This document shows positions 10,111 through 19,564 of a stretch of DNA of 64,000 nt, piece by piece. The stretch spans positions 1,888,001 through 1,952,000 of the forward strand of contig CAWGRW010000009.1 in NCBI GenBank assembly GCA_963825135.1. Reading direction: 5' to 3'. Numbering within the stretch: position 1 is the first letter of the stretch; every line of letters starts with the position of its first letter. This DNA is from an uncultured bacterium (GTDB lineage: Bacteria; Desulfobacterota_D; UBA1144; Nemesobacterales; UBA2774). Below the pieces are notes generated by a model. The model ran no database searches and was not told the origin of the DNA. It was given only the letters and a program-made list of their open reading frames with translations. Both the position numbers and the translations under genes were made by a program.

Positions 10111-10854
10111 ATGATGAATAGTCCCCGCCGAATAAAAACCCCTGTCTCAATTGTAATGCCGGTCTATAATGAGGACGAGATTATACAAAAGACGGTATGT
10201 GACTACCATTCGGAAATTGTTGGACAATTACCCGGATCCGAAATGGTTATAGTCGATGATTGCTCAACTGACAGCACCCCTGAGATTCTCGGGAAACTCG
10301 AAAAGGAGTTAGATGGTATAAAAGTTTTAAAACCTGAGAGAAATGGCGGACACGGTAAAGCGCTGCGTTTGGCATATGAAAATGCGAAACTCGGTCTGAT
10401 ATTTCATACTGACAGCGATTATCAGTTCGATCCTAAAGACTTTTGGAAATTGTATGCAGAAATAGAAGACCACGATCTGGTAATAGGTTATAGAGCTACG
10501 CGACATGATCCTCTCCCACGTCTTGTGATTACCAATATCCTGAGAGCATCCAATATGGCCATATTTGGCTTCAATATAAGGGATGCCAATTCTCCATTCA
10601 GATTAATACGAAAAGAGTGCCTGGAGGAATGTCTCAAGGTCATCGACCCTGAAGCGTTTGCTCCGTCCATAATGCTGGCAATCGCTGCCAAGTCTATGGG
10701 TTACAGGGTGAAAGAGATTCCGGTTACTCACCTTCCCCGTCTGACCGGAGAAGTCTCGATTAAAAAGTGGAAGCTCCTAAAGGCCTGTATGCGATCGCTG
10801 TCACAAAACATTGAATTAAAAAAGCGGTTGCGGGATTACTCTGCACTGACGTAG
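10111..10854 (+). CDS. GT2 polyprenol-phosphate glycosyltransferase (DPM1/GtrB-like)
   Basis: SIVMPVYNE, VDDCSTD, NGGHGKA, TDSDYQF, DANSPFRL and EIPV.H.PR..G motifs. Confidence 0.85.
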   Translation: MMNSPRRIKTPVSIVMPVYNEDEIIQKTVCDYHSEIVGQLPGSEMVIVDDCSTDSTPEILGKLEKELDGIKVLKPERNGGHGKALRLAYENAKLGLIFHTDSDYQFDPKDFWKLYAEIEDHDLVIGYRATRHDPLPRLVITNILRASNMAIFGFNIRDANSPFRLIRKECLEECLKVIDPEAFAPSIMLAIAAKSMGYRVKEIPVTHLPRLTGEVSIKKWKLLKACMRSLSQNIELKKRLRDYSALT

Positions 10855-11060
10855 GGAACGTAAGACGTTTATCGCTGTTCTTTATTGCCCACACTATTAA
10901 CGAATACCCTTATCTGAAACTTCTTAAATTCTATCATTGCATAAGAATGTAGCCCGTACAAGTCAGGTTTGCATTGTTTAGATGCCTGTTCTTTTTTCTT
11001 ATCTATGGGATGGGTTGAATCTATGGAATCTGTGTAGATATATAAATTCTGCATTTCAGG

Positions 11061-11711
11061 CTAATTTTTGAAAACTAGGAATTTAAAGCCCAGGAAATTC
11101 CAGCTTATCACAATAGCTATGGCTATGGACGCTCCTATATTGGCCCATAGAATTGGAGATATCCCCCCCAGCGGTCCTATGATGTTAACTATGAAGGATG
11201 CAACACCGACATTTACTAAAAAGCCGATAAATGCAACGATGATAAATTTAATAAATTGTCTTCCCATCCCCTTTCTCTCCTTATTTTCAAATGTCCAATA
11301 CTTATTCCACAAATAGCTATTCACTACCGCAAAAATAAATGAGACCCCTTTAAATAAGGAAAACATGTACCCCTTATCCACGCCTGAAGTCAGGATCAGA
11401 AAGTTTAGAATCCCGAAATCTATAGCGGTATTTGATGCCCCGATCGGTATGAACTTGCCGATTTGAAAGAGCACATTCGATCTGTTGCCGAGATGAAAAA
11501 ACACATACACCCATAACACGACAAACAGAGGGGCAAGTATAAAAACGAGAAGTAAAATTAAATTATATGGAAGATGACGTAAAAGAATTCTGTCCTTGAG
11601 AGCCCCTAAGACCGCTACAGCAAAGAAAGAAACTATAAAACCCAGTATCAATGAGATAATTAGATCAGATCTTTTCATTTCCACATCCGGGCTTTCTATG
11701 AGCGATTTCAA
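11061..11711 (-). CDS. GtrA-family lipid-linked sugar flippase with extra N-terminal TM helices
   Basis: [29 protein letters not shown] and [11 protein letters not shown] motifs. Confidence 0.85.
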   Translation of the reverse strand: MKSLIESPDVEMKRSDLIISLILGFIVSFFAVAVLGALKDRILLRHLPYNLILLLVFILAPLFVVLWVYVFFHLGNRSNVLFQIGKFIPIGASNTAIDFGILNFLILTSGVDKGYMFSLFKGVSFIFAVVNSYLWNKYWTFENKERKGMGRQFIKFIIVAFIGFLVNVGVASFIVNIIGPLGGISPILWANIGASIAIAIVISWNFLGFKFLVFKN

Positions 11712-11931
11712 TAGTTATGTTAGTAGAATTTCGCATTGTGAGAATTATAACCCCGTTATCCACAAAATTTCTTTGCCAATATTATTCTTTATAGAATGAT
11801 CTTATACTATGTTAGTATGTTCGTACAAAATCGACCAGCACACGGCTTTCTAGGCTGAGATTGCAGAATACGAAAAGGCAGAGTATTGTGCTCAATTGGA
11901 TAGTTTGGAGAATAGATAAAGTGGCAGATCG

Positions 11932-12699
11932 ATGACTGAGCCCTTGGCGAAAAAGATAGTTCATGATGCATACGGTAATCCAAAAGTAGTAGCTGGCTAT
12001 CAGGGCAATATAGGGCTATGGAGATCCGAGGAGATACTGATCCGGCGCTTTTTCCCTCGAGAAGGAACATTGCTGGATCTCGGCTGCGGGGCCGGGCGGA
12101 CATCCATCCCACTGGCACAGATGGGTTACGAGGTAGTGGGGATTGATATAAGTGCCGCTATGTTGAGCGCGGCGATACTGGAATCGCAAAGGCTCCACAT
12201 AAAGATTGATTTTCAAGAAATGGATGCCAGGGTCCTGACCTTTGCCGATCAATCATTCGATTGCGCCATTTATTCATTTAACGGACTCGATCACATACCT
12301 GGTTATGCCGGGAAACTCGAGGTGTTGCGGGAAGTCTTCCGTGTGCTGAAGCCCGGAGCCCCCTTTATTTTTTCGGCTCATCGCATATGGAGCCCATTCC
12401 ATCTGAGGAAATTGATTTTGAGCGGTATCAGAATGAGCCTCGGCAGGATTATGCGTTTTAGTATGTTGGAAAAAGAATGGGGTGAGCTCTATGATTTGAA
12501 TGCGGCGGATCCGGAGGAGCGTTACAGCAGCTTCCTGTCTTCCAGAAGATGGAAGCGGGCGCTCCACGCTGCTGGATTTGATCTCGTCTTTTGTCAATCC
12601 CGGTACCGACTGGAGTCACAAAGACTCAGTGGATGGATTAGCAAGAGCCTCAGTAGTGGAAATTTTATGTTCTTCGTAGCTCGCAAGCCCTGCCCATGA
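11932..12699 (+). CDS. Class I SAM-dependent methyltransferase
   Basis: LLDLGCGAGR, GIDIS, DQSFD and RVLKPG motifs. Confidence 0.9.
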   Translation: MTEPLAKKIVHDAYGNPKVVAGYQGNIGLWRSEEILIRRFFPREGTLLDLGCGAGRTSIPLAQMGYEVVGIDISAAMLSAAILESQRLHIKIDFQEMDARVLTFADQSFDCAIYSFNGLDHIPGYAGKLEVLREVFRVLKPGAPFIFSAHRIWSPFHLRKLILSGIRMSLGRIMRFSMLEKEWGELYDLNAADPEERYSSFLSSRRWKRALHAAGFDLVFCQSRYRLESQRLSGWISKSLSSGNFMFFVARKPCP

Positions 12700-12778
12700 G
12701 GTTTCCAGCTCAATCATGATATTTTATCAATGATCGATGCCCGACTTAAATTTACTCCGGATGATAGGGTGGTACGGA

Positions 12779-13720
12779 TCAAGGTAATCTCAGGTGGGCC
12801 ATTGACTCGACAATCTTTTTTGCTCTTCTCGTGAATTTTTGTTTGTAACTTGAGAGTTTGAATAAGGTTGGGTGCTTGTATTTCCATATCCTGAAACGAA
12901 GTGCCTTAAGTAAATCAGCATCTTTAATTCCGTTCCTTGCTAAATATTTTTCAAGCCAGTCGAGATAAAATAGTTCCGCTGAGAGCCATTGGCCTTTTTG
13001 TACAGCGACACTGTAACACGATTCTGGGTGCACTCTGTATAAATCCCAACATGATTCGGACACATATACCGGTGAATTTAGAAATAACTTTGCTTTAAAA
13101 GCCTGATCTTCATGCATACCCGTAAATATTTCTTCAAACCCTCCTATCTCTTCTATAACTCTTTTACGAAACATAGCGTTTGACATTGAAGCCCCTAATA
13201 CATAACCGTATAAATTTAAAATCAGCAGGGTAGGGGGATGGATTACGGTGTTCAGTATTATTGAATTTTTCCGTATCCCGTCGTGCCCGTAGTTATCAAG
13301 CTCCTTATCTTTGTCGTTCCCGGTCCAGCTATACCAGGCTTTAGTATTTCCGTAGACCATGCCTATTTCCGGATGAGATTCCATTATAGAAACTTGTTCT
13401 CGAAGCTTATTCGGCAGCCAGATGTCGTCGGCATCGAGAGTTGCTATGTATTCCCCCCTTGAATTTCGAATTCCCAGATTTCTAGCGGCGCTCAATCCTC
13501 TGTTCGCATGTCCTTCATGCTCGAAGTAAAAAACTTTGTCGGGGTGTCGTTCCTGATAATCAAGCGCAATCTTCGTGCTGCTATCCGTCGAGCCGTCGTC
13601 AACGAGCAGAAGCTCCCAATCGTCATACGTTTGGGCGAATACGCTTTCTAAAGTCTCGGTAATAAACTTTTCTGCGTTGAAAAAACAAATAACGATCGAT
13701 ATAGCGGGTTTCTTAGTCAT
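12779..13720 (-). CDS. Glycosyltransferase family 2
   Basis: SVFAQTY, VDDGSTD, NRGLSAARN, LDADD and ED motifs. Confidence 0.9.
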   Translation of the reverse strand: MTKKPAISIVICFFNAEKFITETLESVFAQTYDDWELLLVDDGSTDSSTKIALDYQERHPDKVFYFEHEGHANRGLSAARNLGIRNSRGEYIATLDADDIWLPNKLREQVSIMESHPEIGMVYGNTKAWYSWTGNDKDKELDNYGHDGIRKNSIILNTVIHPPTLLILNLYGYVLGASMSNAMFRKRVIEEIGGFEEIFTGMHEDQAFKAKLFLNSPVYVSESCWDLYRVHPESCYSVAVQKGQWLSAELFYLDWLEKYLARNGIKDADLLKALRFRIWKYKHPTLFKLSSYKQKFTRRAKKIVESMAHLRLP

Positions 13721-13726
13721 TTTATT

Positions 13727-15055
13727 TCATTCTTCGATTGACCATTTGTGTTCCAATACAAAAAAACATTCGCTCCGGGGAATATTCTCAATACCATAAA
13801 TGATCTCTTCTTCGACCGTGAAATATTCCGCATTAGAAAGATGATAAACCTTTTGTGTTCCGATTAAGAATGTCACATCAACTGCGCATCTGCCGGAAGT
13901 AATTGATACTTTATTAGTTATGCAAGTAATAGTACCTTCATTCGGGAGTGTCTCGGGTATGCCTCCCGAATTATCGCTATCGAGGATTGTGAGGGTTTGG
14001 CCGGTATTAGCATCTTTAATAAAAATGAATACAATCAAATTCCTCACAGGTTTTTCACTTCGGTAACCCACCTTTATTCTTATTCGACTGCTAGGTCGTA
14101 TAGGTTTCCCCGATTCCATGTTATCAATTTGAATAAAAGTGGCCTTAACGCTTCCGTCGCAATTCTTGTCTAGATCACCCCGTTCTTCAAGGGGGATGTA
14201 CTCTCCTCCGCTGACAGATTGTAGGTACTGGTCTACAACTTCTTTCGTGTCTCCGATAGCTTTTAGGCGTCCGTCTTCCAATAAGACCACCCTCTTGCAG
14301 AGCGACAGTATCGCTGCCATGTCATGGGTTACAAAAATAACCGTCCTTCCCTCGGATGAGGCCACCTCGTCCAGCTTCCCGAGGCATTTTTGCTGGAATC
14401 TGGCGTCTCCCACGGCAAGTACCTCGTCAAGTAACAGTATCTCCGGGTCCAGATGAGCAGCTACCGAAAACCCGAGGCGCACGCGCATACCGCTCGAATA
14501 AAATTTAATGGGCGTGTCGATAAAATCTTCGACTCCGGAAAAATCCACAATTTCATTATATTTACGCTCAATTTCACGCTTTTTCATTCCCAGTATTGCG
14601 CCGTTGAGTAATATATTTTCTCTTCCGGTAAGCTCGGGATGAAAGCCTGTCCCTACTTCCAGGAGCGACCCAATACGGCCGTGTATATCAATTCTGCCTT
14701 CAGTCGGTTCGGTTATTCCGGATATTAACTTGAGGAGAGTGCTTTTTCCGGCGCCGTTGCTTCCGATTATCCCGATAATTTCTCCTCTGTTGACGTCGAA
14801 AGTAACATCCTTGAGGGACCATATATAATTGGGTTTGCTGTGGCCGCTTATGCCGGGAAGGCTTCTTTTACTCGGAGGATTCAGTCCGAGGTCCGAACCC
14901 TGTGAACCGTCTTCCCTGTGTTTGCCTCTTTTGAGCCCGGATATGAACCTGGATGCCAGGCTGGTAATGCTTTCCCGCAGCGTATTGTACTTAATTCTTT
15001 CGCCTATCTTGTACTCTTTGCCGATCTTTATGACTTTTATCGCATATTCACTCAT
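13727..15055 (-). CDS. wzt: Polysaccharide ABC transporter ATP-binding subunit with C-terminal Wzt_C-like domain
   Basis: GSNGAGKST, LLEVGTGFHPELTGREN, YSSGM and LLDEVLAVGD; extra C-terminal beta domain. Confidence 0.93.
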   Translation of the reverse strand: MSEYAIKVIKIGKEYKIGERIKYNTLRESITSLASRFISGLKRGKHREDGSQGSDLGLNPPSKRSLPGISGHSKPNYIWSLKDVTFDVNRGEIIGIIGSNGAGKSTLLKLISGITEPTEGRIDIHGRIGSLLEVGTGFHPELTGRENILLNGAILGMKKREIERKYNEIVDFSGVEDFIDTPIKFYSSGMRVRLGFSVAAHLDPEILLLDEVLAVGDARFQQKCLGKLDEVASSEGRTVIFVTHDMAAILSLCKRVVLLEDGRLKAIGDTKEVVDQYLQSVSGGEYIPLEERGDLDKNCDGSVKATFIQIDNMESGKPIRPSSRIRIKVGYRSEKPVRNLIVFIFIKDANTGQTLTILDSDNSGGIPETLPNEGTITCITNKVSITSGRCAVDVTFLIGTQKVYHLSNAEYFTVEEEIIYGIENIPRSECFFVLEHKWSIEE

Positions 15056-15056
15056 A

Positions 15057-15965
15057 TTAGATTATGTCCGCGAATGTTCTTTCCATGCGTCTGAAATAAA
15101 TTAATCCTCCGACCAGCAGTACTATGACAATGATTATGGAAGCGGCTATGAGATACCAGTCCGGGTTCGACTTTCCGAGCAGTGCCCACCTGAACCCTTC
15201 GACGACTCCCGTCATCGGGTTTAACCCGTAAACAAAGCGCCATTTCTCAGGTACCAGACTGCTCGGGTATGCGATAGGCGTAAGGAATAACCAGATTTGC
15301 GTAAGGAAAGGCACAGTATAACGCACATCCCTGTATTTTACGTTAATTGCCGACAACCAGAGGCTAACTGAAAATGTAGCCGCAGTAGCAAGAATTAGAA
15401 AGAACGGTAATGTAACAATAGCCAACGTGGGCGTTATCCTGTAGTAGAACATCATGCCTATCAATACCAGAAAAGCCACACAGAAATCGACCAGCCCGCC
15501 TGATATCGAAGATAAAGGCATAATCAGCCGAGGGAAGTATATTTTTGTTATCAGATTGCTGTTGTTGACGAGACTGTTGCTTGAGTTGGTCACACCATTG
15601 GCAAAGAGCTGCCAAGGCAAAAGTGCTGCATACGAAAATATTGGATACGGTACTCCGTCCGACGGTATCTTTGCAAGGTTCCCGAAGAAAATTGTAAATA
15701 CAACCATTGTCAAAAGGGGTTGCAGAACGGCCCAGACTACCCCCAGAGCGGTTTGTTTGTAACGTACTTTGAGATCCCGCCACGTAAGGAAGTAGATGAG
15801 CTCATGGTATTCCAAGAGCTCGTTCAGTCTCAGAGAAAGTCCTTTGCTGGGTTCACGTACGGCAAAGAGTTTTCCGTGTTTTGAATCTGCCCTATCCTCG
15901 GAATTGTCGGCCGAGACTACTTCGTTTTGATTATTTATCTTTGACGTAACAGTTGTTTTCTCCAT
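15057..15965 (-). CDS. wzm: Polysaccharide ABC transporter permease
   Basis: RDLKVRYKQTALGVVW, LITKIYFPR, YRDV and LNPMTGVVEGFR; 1 bp from wzt. Confidence 0.93.
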   Translation of the reverse strand: MEKTTVTSKINNQNEVVSADNSEDRADSKHGKLFAVREPSKGLSLRLNELLEYHELIYFLTWRDLKVRYKQTALGVVWAVLQPLLTMVVFTIFFGNLAKIPSDGVPYPIFSYAALLPWQLFANGVTNSSNSLVNNSNLITKIYFPRLIMPLSSISGGLVDFCVAFLVLIGMMFYYRITPTLAIVTLPFFLILATAATFSVSLWLSAINVKYRDVRYTVPFLTQIWLFLTPIAYPSSLVPEKWRFVYGLNPMTGVVEGFRWALLGKSNPDWYLIAASIIIVIVLLVGGLIYFRRMERTFADII

Positions 15966-16650
15966 TGATTTGTCGATATTGAGAAATCTGAAATTGTGCT
16001 CGAAAATCCGGTATCGATAGTATTATAATGCTAAAATTCTCCATAAAATGCTAATTCCATTGATGCTTCCTAATTAGCTGATATTATTAGATATTGTTTC
16101 CGAGTGCAAAATTGTCTCAATTAATCGAGAGGGCAACCGACCACTTATCACGGCAACTCCTACACTCTAATGGATATCTTGTATATGAATGTTATTAGTA
16201 TACAATATACTTGTATTTATGTGCCGAGAAAAGCTTGTAGAACATAATCGTATGAATCTCGAACTTCATATTTCAATTAATTTAGACGAAATTTTCATCT
16301 TGAGTGGTTAACTTAAACGCAATTCGAATATATTATTTTTCCGATTTATTATTGATAGCATCCGGATACATTAGAACCCCTTAATGAAGAAAAGTTGAGA
16401 TGTATAGAAATTCGTCGATAACATGACGATCTAATTCTTATCGGAGCTCCCATTTTTATGAGCCCTGCGATACTTCATTGTAGAACGTCGGTTAGGTGTA
16501 TTTTTCTACCAGCTATTACCGAGACCGACCTACGATTCATTTTGAACAACGCAGTCTTAACTTTGACTAATAGGGTAATGAATGCGGGGATATTATCTTA
16601 AAAGTATCGGATGGTTATTGAGACGAGTGTATGAATTCTAAGGTCATAGT

Positions 16651-18153
16651 GTGATATCCGGGATGTACGAATCCGCAATTTCATACGGCGCGGCAGCTAT
16701 ACTTCTTGTCCTTCTGGTTATTCCGCTGTTGCGGCGGCTGGCGTTCTTAATAGGCTATGTCGACCGTCCGGCTGGCCGGAAACGGCATGAGGAAGCGGTG
16801 CCTCCAATCGGCGGGTTGGCGATTTTCCCTATATTTATACTCTTGTTATTTCTCTCAGGGACTGAACCACCAAGCATTTGGATAATTACGGCTCTGGGCA
16901 TAATACTCGCGGTCGGCGCAATAGACGATGGTTTCTCTTTACCAGCTTGGGTTAAATTGATTGTACAGATCGGTGTGGCTCTTTTAATAGTCGTACCCGG
17001 GCACATACGCGTTTATGGACTCGGCGATCTCTTCGGGTTTGGCGATATGGGGATGAGCTGGATGGGAATACCATTCACTGTTATAGCTGTAGTGCTCGTG
17101 ATAAACGCCATCAATCTGATAGACGGCCTTGACGGTCTGGCAGGCGGTTTGGGCCTGATAATTGTATTTTGGTTAGTGGTCAGCAGTATCGTAGCGGGTG
17201 ATTCGAATAACCTTATGGTGACATCTATATTTGCGGGTGCGCTGATTGGTTTTCTAAATTACAACCTCAGGCATAGGTTTCGGGAAAAAGCGAGTGTTTT
17301 TCTTGGTAATTCCGGCAGTCAGGCGTTGGGTTTGACATTGGCCTGGCTTACGATTGAATCCTCTCAAGGGGGAACCGCTATAATCCGGCCGATCTCAGTT
17401 GCTTGGCTCCTGGCTTTGCCGATTTACGATATTTGCGGACAGTTTGCACGTCGCGTGTACCTGGGACGGCATCCATTCGATCCGGACAGGCACCATTTCC
17501 ACCACCACTTTTTGTACGCCGGTTTGTCCGATGGCCAGGCAACCGCAATCATTCTTGCCCTGTCTTTTTTTGCCGGAATAGTGGGAGTGGGCGGACTGTG
17601 GATAGGTATTCCGGAGAGTGTCCTCACTTATGTGTGGATCGTATTCCTCTTCATTCATATCTACATGTCCATGCTTCCTCTCCGCTACCTGGAATTGCTG
17701 CTGCCATTGCGTGGCAAGAGCATCGATAATATCATAGGCCAGTTGATCCTGGAGTCAGGAGCGATAAGCGAAGATCAGCTTCTCGATGCGCTCGAATATC
17801 AGGGGAAATCAGGAGGGAAGATTGGCGAAATTCTGGTTGAGAAGGGATATATCTCGGACTCAAAACTAATTTACTTTTTGAACCTGCAAGTTGTTAGAAA
17901 TGCCAATGCTAATATCGTAAATGTGAATAAGAAAAAAGATTTCCTGCTGGGAGAAATAATGTTGACTTCAAAGATGATAACAAAGAAACAATTAGAAGAA
18001 GGGTTGAACTACCAAAGGACAAAGGGCGGATGGATCGGGCAGGTGTTGTTGAGTATGGGGTATATTTCGGAATCTGAATTGAGAGATTGTTTGGAAAAGC
18101 AGATACAATACAGGTCTGCGGGCCTGGCTTCGGATGTTGACATCGAATTATAA
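16651..18153 (+). CDS. wecA: WecA/MraY-family undecaprenyl-phosphate HexNAc-1-phosphate transferase fused to two C-terminal MshEN-like modules
   Basis: VDRP..RKRH...P.IGGLAI, GAIDD, NAINLIDGLDGLA, VFLGNSGS and DRHHFHH motifs. The tail carries four xxGxxhhxxGhIxxxxLxxxLxxQ repeats. Confidence 0.85.
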   Translation: MISGMYESAISYGAAAILLVLLVIPLLRRLAFLIGYVDRPAGRKRHEEAVPPIGGLAIFPIFILLLFLSGTEPPSIWIITALGIILAVGAIDDGFSLPAWVKLIVQIGVALLIVVPGHIRVYGLGDLFGFGDMGMSWMGIPFTVIAVVLVINAINLIDGLDGLAGGLGLIIVFWLVVSSIVAGDSNNLMVTSIFAGALIGFLNYNLRHRFREKASVFLGNSGSQALGLTLAWLTIESSQGGTAIIRPISVAWLLALPIYDICGQFARRVYLGRHPFDPDRHHFHHHFLYAGLSDGQATAIILALSFFAGIVGVGGLWIGIPESVLTYVWIVFLFIHIYMSMLPLRYLELLLPLRGKSIDNIIGQLILESGAISEDQLLDALEYQGKSGGKIGEILVEKGYISDSKLIYFLNLQVVRNANANIVNVNKKKDFLLGEIMLTSKMITKKQLEEGLNYQRTKGGWIGQVLLSMGYISESELRDCLEKQIQYRSAGLASDVDIEL

Positions 18154-18165
18154 CCGAGGAGCGGT

Positions 18166-19542
18166 CTATTCGTTTTCTCGCTCTGACAACTGGTATTGCA
18201 AACTGTTTGCCAAACCGAGAAGAAAGATAAAGTAGTAGACGTTAGCGGGGATCTGGAAATTGAATTCTGTAACTGCATGAACGAATAGGCCGAACATTCC
18301 GCTCAAGCATCCCAATAGAATGTAATATCGCAGCGGGTCTTTTCGCGGAGAAATCTTTCTTATCTTCCAGATTGCACGTTTATAAAATGATATCAATGCA
18401 AAGAGAACTAAAAAGAAGCCGATGAGGCCGGTTTCGGCCGCAAGCTCCAGATAGTCGTTATGCGCGTGGTCGTACACGTAAGGCCAATACGCATCTTTTT
18501 TATAGAGTGTATATGCTAAACTGAAGGTTCCTAAACCTGTTCCGAACGCAGGAAAATCTTCAATTAGTTTTATTGTGTCTTTCCATATATACGTACGAAG
18601 CGGAAGGGACTCCTCCGTCTCCGAGAATTTTTCTATTACGGGATCCAGTCCGATCCAGAATGAGTAGAGGATAATTATCACAAAAAATACGCCTAGTAAC
18701 CATTTTACCGTACTACTCTTCTTATTCAGGGAAATAAGAAAATATAAGAAAAGTATTGCGGCCGCGAATGAAAATATTGCACCTCGTGATTGAGAGAGTA
18801 TGAGGCTTATGGCGATGAGGGCGGTCACGAACAGCAGGAGTAGATTGCTTGGGGACTGCGTTTTTATGGCTTGTTTCCAGTTGTTTAATTGAAAGTGTTC
18901 TTTAGTGCTGAGATGGATCAAATAGCCCAAAAACACCGGAGTTACCAGGAGCAATAATCCGGCGAAGTGGTTGGGATTGATATAGCTACCGGATGCGGGG
19001 ACGCTTGTTCCGCTAGCGATGTATTGCAGAAGGCCGATGAGTGATTCAATCATTGCCACCGTAAAGACGATCCAGAAGAATCTCTTTATCTGTTTGCTTG
19101 TCCGTATGTAATCTGTCGTAACCAGAAAAAACGCTGCATATGACAAATAAAGAAGCAGTTTTTGATTGGTTACAAAAGGATAAAGACTTATTGTATTAGG
19201 GAGTTTGATTTGACCGCCGAATATATGGTTGAGAGCCTCACTCTTACTCTGCCAAAGCATGAAAGAATGAGGTGACAGTATGCTGAGTATCGAGTCGGGG
19301 AGTCGGATTGACTGAAAGATAATTAGGAAGAAAAACAGCCCCATCGGTACATATAAAGGAGATTGCGGCAGCCGAATTCTTCTCTTGATGATTTTACCCG
19401 TGAGCCAGAATCCGAACGTAAAGAACGCAATGATTTCAAAAAGAGCGACGGACCATGTCTCAACATTGCCAAAAGGTAATGGTGAGAGCAATATTAATAC
19501 TATTCCGCAGCTAATAATAAATGTAATTAGTCTTTCAAGCAT
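18166..19542 (-). CDS. O-antigen ligase family protein (WaaL / O-oligosaccharyltransferase-like)
   Basis: GSYINPNHFAG, LSQSRGA, R..IW, GTGLGTF and HAHNDYLE motifs; polytopic. Confidence 0.88.
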   Translation of the reverse strand: MLERLITFIISCGIVLILLSPLPFGNVETWSVALFEIIAFFTFGFWLTGKIIKRRIRLPQSPLYVPMGLFFFLIIFQSIRLPDSILSILSPHSFMLWQSKSEALNHIFGGQIKLPNTISLYPFVTNQKLLLYLSYAAFFLVTTDYIRTSKQIKRFFWIVFTVAMIESLIGLLQYIASGTSVPASGSYINPNHFAGLLLLVTPVFLGYLIHLSTKEHFQLNNWKQAIKTQSPSNLLLLFVTALIAISLILSQSRGAIFSFAAAILFLYFLISLNKKSSTVKWLLGVFFVIIILYSFWIGLDPVIEKFSETEESLPLRTYIWKDTIKLIEDFPAFGTGLGTFSLAYTLYKKDAYWPYVYDHAHNDYLELAAETGLIGFFLVLFALISFYKRAIWKIRKISPRKDPLRYYILLGCLSGMFGLFVHAVTEFNFQIPANVYYFIFLLGLANSLQYQLSERENE

Positions 19543-19564
19543 ATTTTAGATAATGTAAGCATGT

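Noticed and set aside
16118..16535. GTAG/CTAC-ended degenerate REP-like sequences in the wzm-wecA spacer (similar at ~1630)
   Set aside because: The stems are too degenerate and the copies do not match each other.
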